From positions 2,046,001-2,110,000 of the forward strand of contig OZ234494.1 in assembly GCA_965153455.1 (NCBI GenBank): a DNA stretch of 64,000 nt, in the 5' to 3' direction. Positions 1 to 10,835 of this stretch are shown one piece after another; position 1 is the first letter of the stretch, and each line of letters starts with the position of its first letter. A model generated the notes under the pieces. That model was not told the DNA's origin and did no database searches. It saw nothing but the letters and a program-made list of their open reading frames with translations. This DNA comes from Sphagnum compactum (taxonomy: Eukaryota). The translations under genes were made by a program, and so were the position numbers.

Positions 1-1015
1 CAACAGGTTCTTGGTCCAACATCCCCCTGCGTCTCATTCCCATGCCTTTTTGTCATTTTGCGACAGCAACTTGAACCAGAAGACGTCTATTTCCTGGAGC
101 AGCAGTATGTTGCATTCAAGGTGGTTACGAAACTTTTCATGGTTCAAAATTGTTAACACTGTTCATCTCCCTGGAGGTGTCCCACTAATTCATAAGTCTC
201 CTGTAGGTGGAATGTGTTTAATGAGTTGTATCCTTTGATTTCTCAGGCTGGTAGGCTCCCGCGGGAACAGCTCATCAAAGTTTGTCGAGATGTGGCTGGA
301 GATGCACTCCTGGTTAATGCTATTCGACAGCTTAACAAGTGCCAAAAGGTTTTACTTCATTCATTTGTGGTGTGAGATTTGGTTGAATTGGTATATTGTT
401 TTATGTGCATATAGTATTCATTCTTGTGTCTGGGGTATTCAATGAAGGATAGGGGTGCTTGGGCTTACAGGCCAAGCAACAAGAGCTGTTGAAGATCAAA
501 TCTGTGATGTCTCTATCTTCTCCAATTTCACCAAGGTTTTCATAGCTTGGTCTCTGACCCTCAAGCTGACAGGTGTCCATTGTCAAAGGTGAGCATCTAC
601 TCATTTCCCTACGGCTTTGATGATACTCCTCTGCTGGGTACATGCTTGTCTTCTACTACTGTTTGTTGCACCTTCTCCATCTTATGAACTATTCTCACAG
701 AAGATAAGCATGACTCTTGGGTGACCCCATGAACCTGTCATGGCTGGATTGACCACTATGGGTATATCCATCATGATCCTATTAGTTAGTGGTAATGGCC
801 CATAACCATCTGCCAGGTGGCCATGGGCCCTTACCACTATGCTTGATGAAGTAAATAAAACTATGAGCTCAGTATTGTGTACCAGTGTTAACTGCTGTTG
901 AGTGATACACATTGAGTTGTTTGTTAGTGCCTCATCTTTTGCTATAGTCTAAGAAAGCTGTTGACTGATGGAGGATCATTGACAATTTGTGCAGGTAAGT
1001 CGGGTGGCTGACTGA
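1..1015 (+). CDS. 3' end of an RST-domain protein (RCD1/SRO family-like); 5' part lies outside the window
   Basis: Exons <1-120, 247-348 and probably 995-1015, joined by phase-0 GT-AG introns. They translate to QQVLGPTSPCVSFPCLFVILRQQLEPEDVYFLEQQYVAFK/AGRLPREQLIKVCRDVAGDALLVNAIRQLNKCQK/VSRVAD*, which matches the RST pattern (PxSPxxxFxxL...G.I.RE.LI...R...GD.LL). The last exon is less certain. Confidence 0.8.
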
Positions 1016-1579
1016 TTTTGTTGTAGCTAAAAAAGGATGTTAGTGTTCTCTGTCCAAATGTTTCTCTGCTTAAAATGCGTGCAGCAATGTTATGCTTCTG
1101 TATGTCGTTAGGCTCAGTGAATTTCTGTAGAGCAGAATTTTTGCTTTCGCTGAAATTGGAATCTGTCGACTAGAATTTTCATTTGCACTTGTTAAATACA
1201 GTTTCCCTTTTATGAATTTTATACAGGTTGTCTTCAGTCGGTCTTGCAAGCATTCAATGATTACTAGTAGCTGTGTCTTTTTATCTCACTTGTACCTCTT
1301 TACATATGAGTTCGATTTTTTGGATCAACTTATCAAATCTAACTCCTTTCCAGTTTTTCTAACTAATTTATCCTCAGTAAAGCGGTTTCTGAGTGCCAAC
1401 TACCATTGATTTCTCTGACTTTATATAGAAAAGGCACACTCTATTATCATAATATACTTTATGAGCTAAATTATACTTCTAATGACTTGGAATTTCTTGG
1501 ATTTCGCAAGATCCCAAGATTCAAAAGGCTTAAAAATTGGCATCATTTTACAACTGTTTGCAGCCAGTCTATGCTGGTA

Positions 1580-4500
1580 TTAATATGATCTGTATGCGTC
1601 AAGTGGATCCACTATTTCAAATTCTACCAGATTTTGTTGTAGCCAAAAGCTAGTTTCCTGGTTTCTTAAGGCTTGGTAGCTCAAATAGTCTTCTGATGTG
1701 AAAGGTTTATACCGAATCAAACCCAGAGGTTTGCTTTTAACAAAGAAAGGTGGTGTTCCCACATCTGCGGTTTTGTCCGCAACTGATCATGCAATTAAAG
1801 TTCTCTGTTTTTCTTCCTATTTTCTCTTTTCCTTTTTTGCTCTATTCATGTTTCCTTGGCTTTACCTTTTCTTTTAGGCTTTGTTGAGCAAGCCAACAGT
1901 CTGACTGTATCTTCCCAGTTACTACCGTCTTGTGACAGAAGTCAGCATGTCAGTTAATGTGTGACATTGATCTGCAACCACTGCTTGGAGCTGATGAGAG
2001 TAGTGAGGTTTTGATGGTAGCTGGTTGCTACCATATACATATTGCACACTACCAATCATTCTGTTGAAGGTCTCTGAACATGTGTTTCTGTTGCTGTTGT
2101 TTGAACTGTTTCTTGTTTCCTTACCCCCAGTTGTTTAGAGGTGTGTTTCCTCTTTTTCCCGTTAGCCATATTATTTGTCCATCCCTTGTTTCTATTCAGG
2201 GTTAGTTAAATTGTTATCTATGGAGAATTTCTCAGTAGTGAGGAAGATATTCGGTTGAATACAACTGGATTCACTCAACTTTCAACTACTTTTACATTTT
2301 GGTCATCTGTTTGAAATAAACTTTGTAAGTCTCTGGTGCTAGTCACTTATCATGTATAATTACAGCATAGAAGCCACCACTGATCTGTTAACATGTGTGT
2401 GCCTAAACCATTTAACAGGCCTACACATACAGTTTTTCGTCTGTTTTGTGAACTGCTGTACCCAGAGGCATGCTGATGAGCACCAAGTGCAATTGCCAGT
2501 TCATCACAATGGTGGAACAAGTCAAACAACTTTTCTATGGCATGGAGGTCAAAGTTCTGGCTCTGGCATACATCTGCCAGACAGTCTATTTCCATCCCGC
2601 ACAAAAAAGTTCAGGTATTGGGGAACAGTCTCCTTGCCATGCACATGCAACCTCATTTTCAGCTCAATCCAGGTGCATTTTCAACTTATTCAACACCCCA
2701 TTCCTTTCTCTGCTGTCAAACAACTGCTCTGAGACCCATTTTATCATACATGTTCATAGCAACCTGTAGACCATGGTATATTTCCATTGTTCATATAAAA
2801 GAGTTGTTATTGAAATTTGTTACACTATCTCGAAATCACAAATTTAAGCCACAATCGTTGATCAGGGCTATGATCAAGAATGCACCTGCTCCTCTCTTCA
2901 AAGGACACTACTATTCTGGAACTGGCTTCCCAAGAGACGTGACATTGTGCAAAGGTATTTTCTGGAACAGTCTTCACTTTGCATATGTCCCAATGAGGGC
3001 ATTTCAATGACACTAACTGCACATGTCAACAGATTTGCAACTGCTTTTGCTTGATCTGGACAGGAACTTATCAAGCCTTTTCCAACTGCTTATAAACCAG
3101 TGAGCAACTGAACACAAGTGAAAAATGATTGGACCCATGCAACATACTTGGCATTTACAGAACAAGTATCACTTGGATACTTGTTTGGTTATTGTGCCCA
3201 ACCCTATCATTTCCCAAAGGTCTACTTGACTTCCTGAACCATCAATCAAATTATATGCCCACCTTCACAAAGTGTTGATGATCAAGACCAAAGTTTTCCC
3301 TCTGTAGGCATGGCAGGCATTGGTAAAAGGATGTCCACCTTCACAAAGAATTGATAATCAAGTAGGGTAGATCAGCCCATCACTGATCATGCATATGACT
3401 GAACACTTTGGCAGATCTTTCTCAATTCTTTTTCATTTTGAGTGATTTAAAATGTTATCGAAGTGCCTTCTCAAGCTCTACATTCATCTTTGAAATGCAA
3501 AGCCAAAGGACTAGCCAAAAAAGTGCAGTAAAGAGAATATATTTTTTCGAATTGCAAAACATGTTTTAAACAAAAATTCTTCATTTTGACTATTCCTAAT
3601 TTTCAAACCTCATAACTTTTTAGTTTCTTATTCATTTTAATCGATTTAAAATATTATAGGAGCGCCAGCTGAAGGTTTACAAATCATCTTCGAACTCTAA
3701 TAGCAACAGAATAACATAAAAGGAAATATTTGGGTGTTTGGGAACTAGCCTTTGTAGAGTTCAGTGCTTTGATTTTTTGAGTTCTGGACCCCCTATACTT
3801 TTGGGGGTCATAACTTTCTCACTTCTGATCTGTTTTTGATGATTGTTACTGTGTCAGATGCGCAAAGAGGAGGGGTTCAAATTTTGTTTGAATACTAAAA
3901 ACTACAAAGCCCTCACCTTGGATCCGGCCTTTCCTGAGCACTTGAAGTGTTCAGTCACCGGCCAGTCTACCCTAAGGCAAAAATTTCTCTCTGTGAGAAT
4001 TGCAGGAATTGGCAAAAAACAGGTGTCATTTGGCTTGGATGTTCTTTTGGAATCTAGATCCTTAGAATGATTTGCATGTTTGCATTACCAAAAGTGGCCT
4101 CAGGCATTTTTCTGTTTGACACAAACACAAGCATCTGGATTGCATCCTCCAGTGTAAAATCTCTGGTTTTCATGTTCATGGCAACAATCTCCAGATGAAC
4201 ACTGATCTCCAGGGCATTGCATCAAATGTTAAAACCCAGGTTTCTGATCCAAAACCGCCTGCTGTTCACAAGGATGGCACACAAGACTGCAGTGGGTTGT
4301 TCTTCTCCATTGATATGACATATAGACAAACCATTCATGTATACTCCTGGCCCATTTGCACTATGCGAAAATATCATCTGTTATGATGGTGTCAGTCCCA
4401 ACACTAAAACCCAAAGCTATACTCAGCTTGAGCTTGCATACAAATTCTGACAACAAAACAACTGCAAAGAAACCTGATATTCCAACTTGAAATACACAAT

Positions 4501-4600
4501 GCAGGAAGTAAGGTGATAACGCTGTATGACAACTCCAATCAAAATTCTTCATGTCAAGACTCATGTCCACCACCGTAGACATCTTGAGAAGTGGTTTTGT
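1580..4600 (-). pseudogene. Decayed coding-like relic of unknown family (possibly a transposon gene), interrupted by an AT-rich insert at about 3420-3975
   Basis: Several protein-like minus-strand segments broken by stops, e.g. GKTLVLIINTL*RWAYNLIDGSGSQVDLWEMIGLG, KPKRKGKAKET*IEQKRKRE and GTPPFFVKSKPLGLIRYKPF. I recognise no diagnostic motif. Confidence 0.3.
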
Positions 4601-4742
4601 TACCTGATTACAGCTGGACGTCCTGCATTTTAGTGTATTTATTTAGTGGTAACCTGGAGCCCTTCTTCACCTTCAACAGCTTGAGGAGGTCATACAAATC
4701 ACATGGCAAAATGGAATACAAATTTTTTTTCAATTGCTTATG

Positions 4743-7732
4743 CTAAGATATGGAACTTTTCTCTTTGTGAGAGTCATTCTCCACTTCAACTTTCTTTGTG
4801 CCTGGTGGTGCCATCTGTTGCCTGTTAAGAAAGCTCTGTGCATTGGTCAAGTCCAAAGTACCATGGAGGAGTTGAAAAAGTAGCTCCTTTTGCAGAAAAC
4901 GACCATGCCTCAAGCTGAGATAAAATTGGCGGTCCCCTACTACTGCAAACCACCTCCCAAAGAACCACAGAACAATGAGGACACCCTCATGAAGTAAAAA
5001 TAGAGTCAGAAGCTCATGTCAATATTGAGTGCATCTTCATAAAAAAGAAAAAAAAACCAAGTGCCTATTATCACATGCTTGAAATGGTCGTCAGCCAGAA
5101 CATTGTCATACAGTGTGGTGTAATTACCATCCAAAGGAACAAGCACTTGGTTTGCTGCCTTCTCAAGCTCTGCATTTGACATTCCTTTCAATGGTGGTAC
5201 AATATTTCTGCAAGCCAAGAACCAAACATCAGCTGAACTCTGGATATTCGACTATGCCTGCATTTTTTACTAGAAAATACACATCAACATATTATGATTA
5301 TCTCAGCACCCTTAGCAATTATGTTCCACCAGCTTAAGTCTTATCAGATTATCTGAGTCCACTTTCAGCTACTTTCAGTATGAGAATGTCTTTGTAACTC
5401 TTTACCTTATGTCATACTTCAAATCCTGCAACAAAACAAGAGAAGAAAAACATTCAGCTTCTTTTCATACAAGAAATTTCTGCATATTTCAACTTCAAGT
5501 TATTGCTCATTCAACAGCCTTCTGAGCTTTTACAAAGATGTATGTGTCTCAATGTCTATTTCTCCACTTCCTCCATGATTCCCAATGCACAGATGACCAC
5601 ATCAGACCATTTGCTGCATGGGCAGTCACTTATTGAAGTCAACCAAATGAGGCAACGGGGAGGATGTGGCTTAGGATGGAGAAGACAAAACTGGAAAAGA
5701 TGAAGCAAATTTGTGAAAACAAAAGTGACAATTCATGACTCCTCATTTCCAGTTACTCATTTTGAAGACATAATGATGTAGATACACACACCTGCCGATG
5801 ACCCCAAAAGTCAATGACACTAAGTTGTACAATCCTCAGGTCTGGTGTAAAAAGGGCCATCTCTCCCACATACCTGTTCAAGCCAAGAACAAGAATATGC
5901 AAAGACTTGTCTCAATCAAAGCAAAAAAGCTATGAATAGGGACCTAACATGCTTAGTGTAGGAAATATGGAAACAATGATATCCTATCCTATCACCACCG
6001 TGATGTTGGGGTGATCAATTGAAATTTGACAGCACTTCAGAAGACAAAAAATCCTAAACCCTGAAAAATATTTTAAAAAGTGTACACCAGCTCAAGAAGA
6101 GGCCAAACCTGCGAGAGAACCACCAAAGAGCAGCTGAAGCGGCTCCTGCTCCACCCACCACAGCAGAAACAGCAGCTAGTGTCCCAACAGAAAGCCGCCC
6201 CTTGTGTCCTTGCACAGGTGGACCACAAAAGGCCTCTCAAAATCAGGCTTTCATAGGTAATCACATAGCTGAATGCCCTAATAGATGCTGCTGTCCATAT
6301 TGTAAAAGTAACAGAAAGGAAAAAAGAGTAAGCTTGATTGATACCTCTTCTGCATACTGAGCCAATGGCAATGCTAAAGCAGCCACCCCACACAATTGAA
6401 ATATCTTCAACCTGCCTCACCACATGACAAAAAGAGTCACAACCCATCAGGACTTACTGCGTATAAATGTTGAAAATGGATTGCATCTGATCTAAACCCT
6501 AGAGCCAGTTTCACTCCAAAACAAGAGGAAAAGGATGAAATATTGTGGCATGATTGACAGTAGCAACCATAAACCAATCCAAATCTCAGGTGGAAATAAA
6601 GAACAAGCAGGTTATCATCGCATATAAGAGCTTATATGTCTCGGTATGGGATCCTGCACAGTAAAATTGGATGAAGAAAATCCAATGTATGCCAGTTTGG
6701 CTCAGGAAAATGGTTTTGGCTCTGCATAATTGCGCAAATTGCTGTGGCTGGTAAAAGGCACAGCAGCGCTGCTCACCTGCAGAAAAGAGTATAATAAATA
6801 TGATCTAACTGCTGCTTAGTGTTTCTGATTGGCCCATCATAATGATTTGTCCAGGTGGTTTGCTATTAGTAGTCCCCCATCCATTTGCTGTCCCAGTTTC
6901 AGTTTTATGCGTGGGGTTGCAAAAGAGTACATAACTAAACTTGGATGTGAAAAATAGTTTCGCAGGGTCACATACTGAGCACCGCTGGAGATGCTCTAAA
7001 GGGCAGGTTCAAACTTCAAACTAGAAACCTCCCTTTACTATGTGTGGCAGCTAGATGAGAAGATTAAACCCCAAACACTTAGAACTTCTCATCTAGATGC
7101 ATGCACTTCTAGGGAACATGCCCATCCATCATATGCACACGTAGTAGTAACTCCAGATGTGTCAGTCACGCATTGGGTCAAGTTCCAGCCAAAATGCTGT
7201 GCCCAAACCCTAAACCCTAAATCCTAAATCCTACACCAATGCTGTAGTCTCTTCTTCCCTATGGGCCAGAGAGCCTGGCAAACAAAAGACAGTACCTGAC
7301 CACAAGTCGAAGAGGCTGCATCCATTTGGCACGGTACAACACAACTTTCTCTCCAGAGCTTTGCTTCTTTTCAATTGTCTTTGCATCCGAACTAGACAAT
7401 CTCCTCATCTGCTTCTCTAAAGCAATAGGCCAAACTCTAATTCCTCCTTCGTTCAAATTCCGCCCTCCGCCACCAGCAGAAAAACCCCCCACCGATCTCC
7501 CGGCAAATGCATCCGTATGCGTAAGAAGACAGAAAAAAGAAGGAGAGGACTGGAGGACAGACGAGGAGGAGGAGGAGGAGGAGGAGGAGGAGGAGTTCTG
7601 ATCACCACGAAGAAGAACAACACCTAGCAAAGGATAGTGCAGGTGCAGTTTACAACATTCTTGTTGAAGAAATGCATGCTGCAATGCAGCACCAGTCGGA
7701 GGCCGGAGCTGCAGACATCTACGCAGTGCCAT
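4743..7732 (-). CDS. TMEM186: TMEM186-like membrane protein, about 325 aa, probably mitochondrial
   Basis: Seven exons: 7732-7296, 6411-6345, 6200-6109, 5873-5792, 5425-5406, 5207-5128, 4942-4743. All introns are GT-AG and phases agree (978 nt). Motifs VLYRAKWMQPLRLVVRLKIFQL, two hydrophobic helices, FSRRYVGEMAL, VIDFWGHRQ and RQFYLSLRHGRFL match TMEM186 as I recall it. The N-terminus is R/S-rich like a presequence. Confidence 0.85.
7563..7595 (+). repeat. (GAG)n microsatellite encoding poly-Ser in the TMEM186-like N-terminus
   Basis: About 11 GAG units on +, read as TCC (Ser) codons on -. Confidence 0.95.
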
Positions 7733-7844
7733 GTCAACAACGAAGGAGAGCACAGTTGTAGGGAGCTTTGAGACACAGATCTGTAAGACCGGAAGCAGCA
7801 GCAGCAAGCAACACACAACATGTCATGTCACAGACTGCTAACGA

Positions 7845-7872
7845 GGTTAGGGTTTAGGGTTTAGGGTTTAGG
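7845..7872 (+). promoter_or_regulatory. Short TTTAGGG array (telo-boxes) upstream of the TMEM186-like ATG
   Basis: ggttagggtttagggtttagggtttagg, about 115-140 bp upstream of the ATG at 7732. Confidence 0.6.
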
Positions 7873-8059
7873 ATGATGGTATAGAATTTGGCTGCTTGAG
7901 AAGACTTTTTAGGGTTTGAGGTTTAATAAGGGAAAATCCCCTATTTGGTTTCAACTCAGATCCTTTTAAGCTACTCTACTCTATAATGAATCTCAACACA
8001 ATATCCTTAAGGGCCTTGGTAGTAGGCAAGGCCAATAAATTGGTCATAGTTTTGTTGCA

Positions 8060-8062
<3 letters not shown>

Positions 8063-8095
<33 letters not shown>

Positions 8096-8358
8096 ATCTC
8101 TCATATTTGTTTGTTTGTTTCTTATTGTATTTTCCATTTGAAAGTTGGTCACAATCTCCACATCTCTTTTTTTTTCTCTCTCTCTCTCCATCTCTCATAT
8201 TTCTTTGTTTGTTTCTTATTGTATTTTCCATTTGGAAGTTTGTCACAATCTCCACATCTCATTTTATTTTTTTCTCTCTCTCTCTCTCCATCTCTCATAT
8301 TTCTTTGTTTGTTTCTTATTGTATTTTCCATTTGAAAGTTTGTTGCACAATCTCCACA
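8063..8358. repeat. (CT)n microsatellite plus three tandem ~100-bp units
   Basis: The unit tctctcatattt..tttgtttgtttcttattgtattttccatttg.aagtt...cacaatctccacat recurs at about 8097, 8192 and 8292. Confidence 0.9.
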
Positions 8359-9038
8359 TTGATGCTTGTTTCTTATATTGTGTCAATGTGAACATTTGCT
8401 TGTTGTTGTTTGTGCTTCGAAAATGTTTTCCATGGGTTTGTATGTTGAAGAAGGAAAATGGCAAAAAAGGGGTGGTGGAATTGGCATGGAAACAATAAAT
8501 TTTCTTGTCAAACATGTCCAAATTTCTATATATCAAACTTCACATGATAGTCTTTATGTTTTGGTCATCATCAATAACCAATTTCATGTTTGAAGAATTG
8601 TTGTCTAATGTTTATGCACCCTTGCTAGCTTTGTTAGTTGCTTCTCTAATTTGAAGGCATCATCCTTCATAACATTGATTGTATTTTTAGGGCATCGGTC
8701 AAAGGTCAACAAGTTTCCACTCGTGCTTTTAATTTGTTTATGTTTCATGTTTTAGACATTGTAACATTTCATGTTTCATTTTTATATGTTTATAGATTTC
8801 ATGTTTTAGGTTTTGATCAACATTTTAAATTTTTTATGTTTTTAGATTTCTAGTTTCAAGCGTCAATTAATATTTGGAATTTTAGGATTTGATTCATGTT
8901 TTAGGTTTAAGTCTCAATTCTTACTTTTGTATATATTTTGTTATGACATGTGATTAACAAATTGTGTGATTCAATCATTATGTAAATATTTTTCTATTCA
9001 ACAACCAATTGTTTCATCCCCATGTTAGCATTTTTGTG

Positions 9039-9213
9039 GCCAAGTATGCCTAACATTCATTTTTGAGTGCCTTGATGCCCTCGGCTAAATAAAAGCACGT
9101 GTTATCTTATTTGTAAAAACTTAAAAAAAAATTTACAAATAAGATAACACGTGCTTTTATTTAGCCAAGGGCATCATCAAGGCATTCAAAATGGAATGTT
9201 GATTATACTTGGC
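9039..9213. repeat. Long inverted repeat (fold-back, ~80-bp arms)
   Basis: 9039-9117 is nearly the reverse complement of 9132-9213 (ggctaaataaaagcacgtgttatcttatttgtaaa / tttacaaataagataacacgtgcttttatttagcc), with an A-rich loop. Confidence 0.9.
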
Positions 9214-10835
9214 AATAGATATGGCGATTACGTTGGTCAATTTGTAGTATACATGTTTTAAATGTCATGTTTTAGTTGATTGTTTCGGGTCTCCCCATCG
9301 ATAGTCATGTTTTGATGGTTTATATGTATATTTTTGCATTGAAAATGGACTTGTTAAGGGGCTTGAAGATAAGAAGTCTACTTGGGAAGAAATAAGTAAT
9401 ATAACAAGTGATGGTTGGATAAATCATTATGATAGATTGCTTTTGAATTCTAGAGATGAGAGGAATGACAAATTGGTATAATTTTTTATCCTAATAATTA
9501 TCTCACTTCTTGCCCTTACCCACCAACATGGATATTTATAGGCAAATTAACACGTACATTGTCATGTCCATGATATTTATATTAATTTAAAATTAAATTT
9601 GAGATTGACAGAAATAATGATGAACTATTGAAAACCATATCGGAACATAACAAGAGGAAAAAATAGTTGATCATCACTGGTAGTGCGAAGTAGTATGGAG
9701 CCATAATACATTAAGTCTATGAAAGGTGAAATTTTCCACAAAGCCGTTGACACCACAAAGACATGACATAAAATCAACCTGGAATCTCATTGCATCTACC
9801 ACACCGTTTTTCCAAATCCTCAAATAGTGGAAGCAAACTCACAATTTTGGTCCAATTATCATCCTCTCATTGAACAAACACTGCAGATCAACAATGAAAA
9901 GTATAATGCAAACTTTCCACATTTGCAATAAAAACAACAGTAACCGTGACATTAGGATTTGACCAAATAATCTCATGTACAGCAACGATCTCCGAAGTTT
10001 CTATAATTTGAACTACCTATTTGTACCCACTGGATTCCCAATGTGAGAAAAGGAACAACTTCAGACTATGACTATATCTATCCACCCAAGTGGGAAATTA
10101 GAAAGTTAAATGTGCTAATAAAGAGGGAAAATTTAGTTGCTCTGACTAAACCACTATTCATCATAATCGGAATTCAAGATGGTCCCAGTAGAATTCTAAA
10201 GGAAACTGAGATGGATGTTTCACATTTGGTGTTGATCCTCATAGGCTCTAATGTTCAACACCATCATCTCAGGTATATACACGTTAGAGATGTCGTATAA
10301 GTTCTTCCTAGAGAATACATGAAAACAGAATATGGGCCATCTTTCTTGTTCAGGGGAAGAGTATCAGGTTCCCATGCCCAAAATTTCAATGATGAGATAA
10401 ACCATGTTACACATACCGTCTGTTGCTTATCTCCATTTGTGGAATTTCCTTGTTTCCTCTTTTAGCATGTCCATTTCCATTCCCATCCTAGTGAAAACAT
10501 AAGATGTCATCAGCAGAGGTGATCAATCACAGGATAACACAATTGTTCTCATGATAGGACCAAGGAAGTGATACCTACACAGACTGAAGCTTCAAAATAC
10601 ATCAGAAATGACACAATAGGATTAGTGTTACGTTTAGAGCACATTGTTTGTTTCAACCTTCCAAATCCCTCTTGAAAAGCCGCATAATGATTGGTTGTTT
10701 ATGTCCAGAATGCCAACTTTAGGAGGGTCATGTAATGGAGATTGAATAGAGATCCTCCAGTTGCACATTAGAGAAATTATCGCTGTCTGAGCTACTTGTT
10801 GACTAGAGTACATTGCAGCCAACCACATAAATTTT

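Noticed and set aside
7326..7601. Plus-strand ORF ending in poly-Glu
   Set aside because: It is the antisense shadow of TMEM186-like exon 1, produced by the GAG microsatellite.
7976..8593. Cluster of overlapping hydrophobic or ERERE ORFs
   Set aside because: These come from the CT microsatellite and ~100-bp tandem repeats, with no protein-like content.
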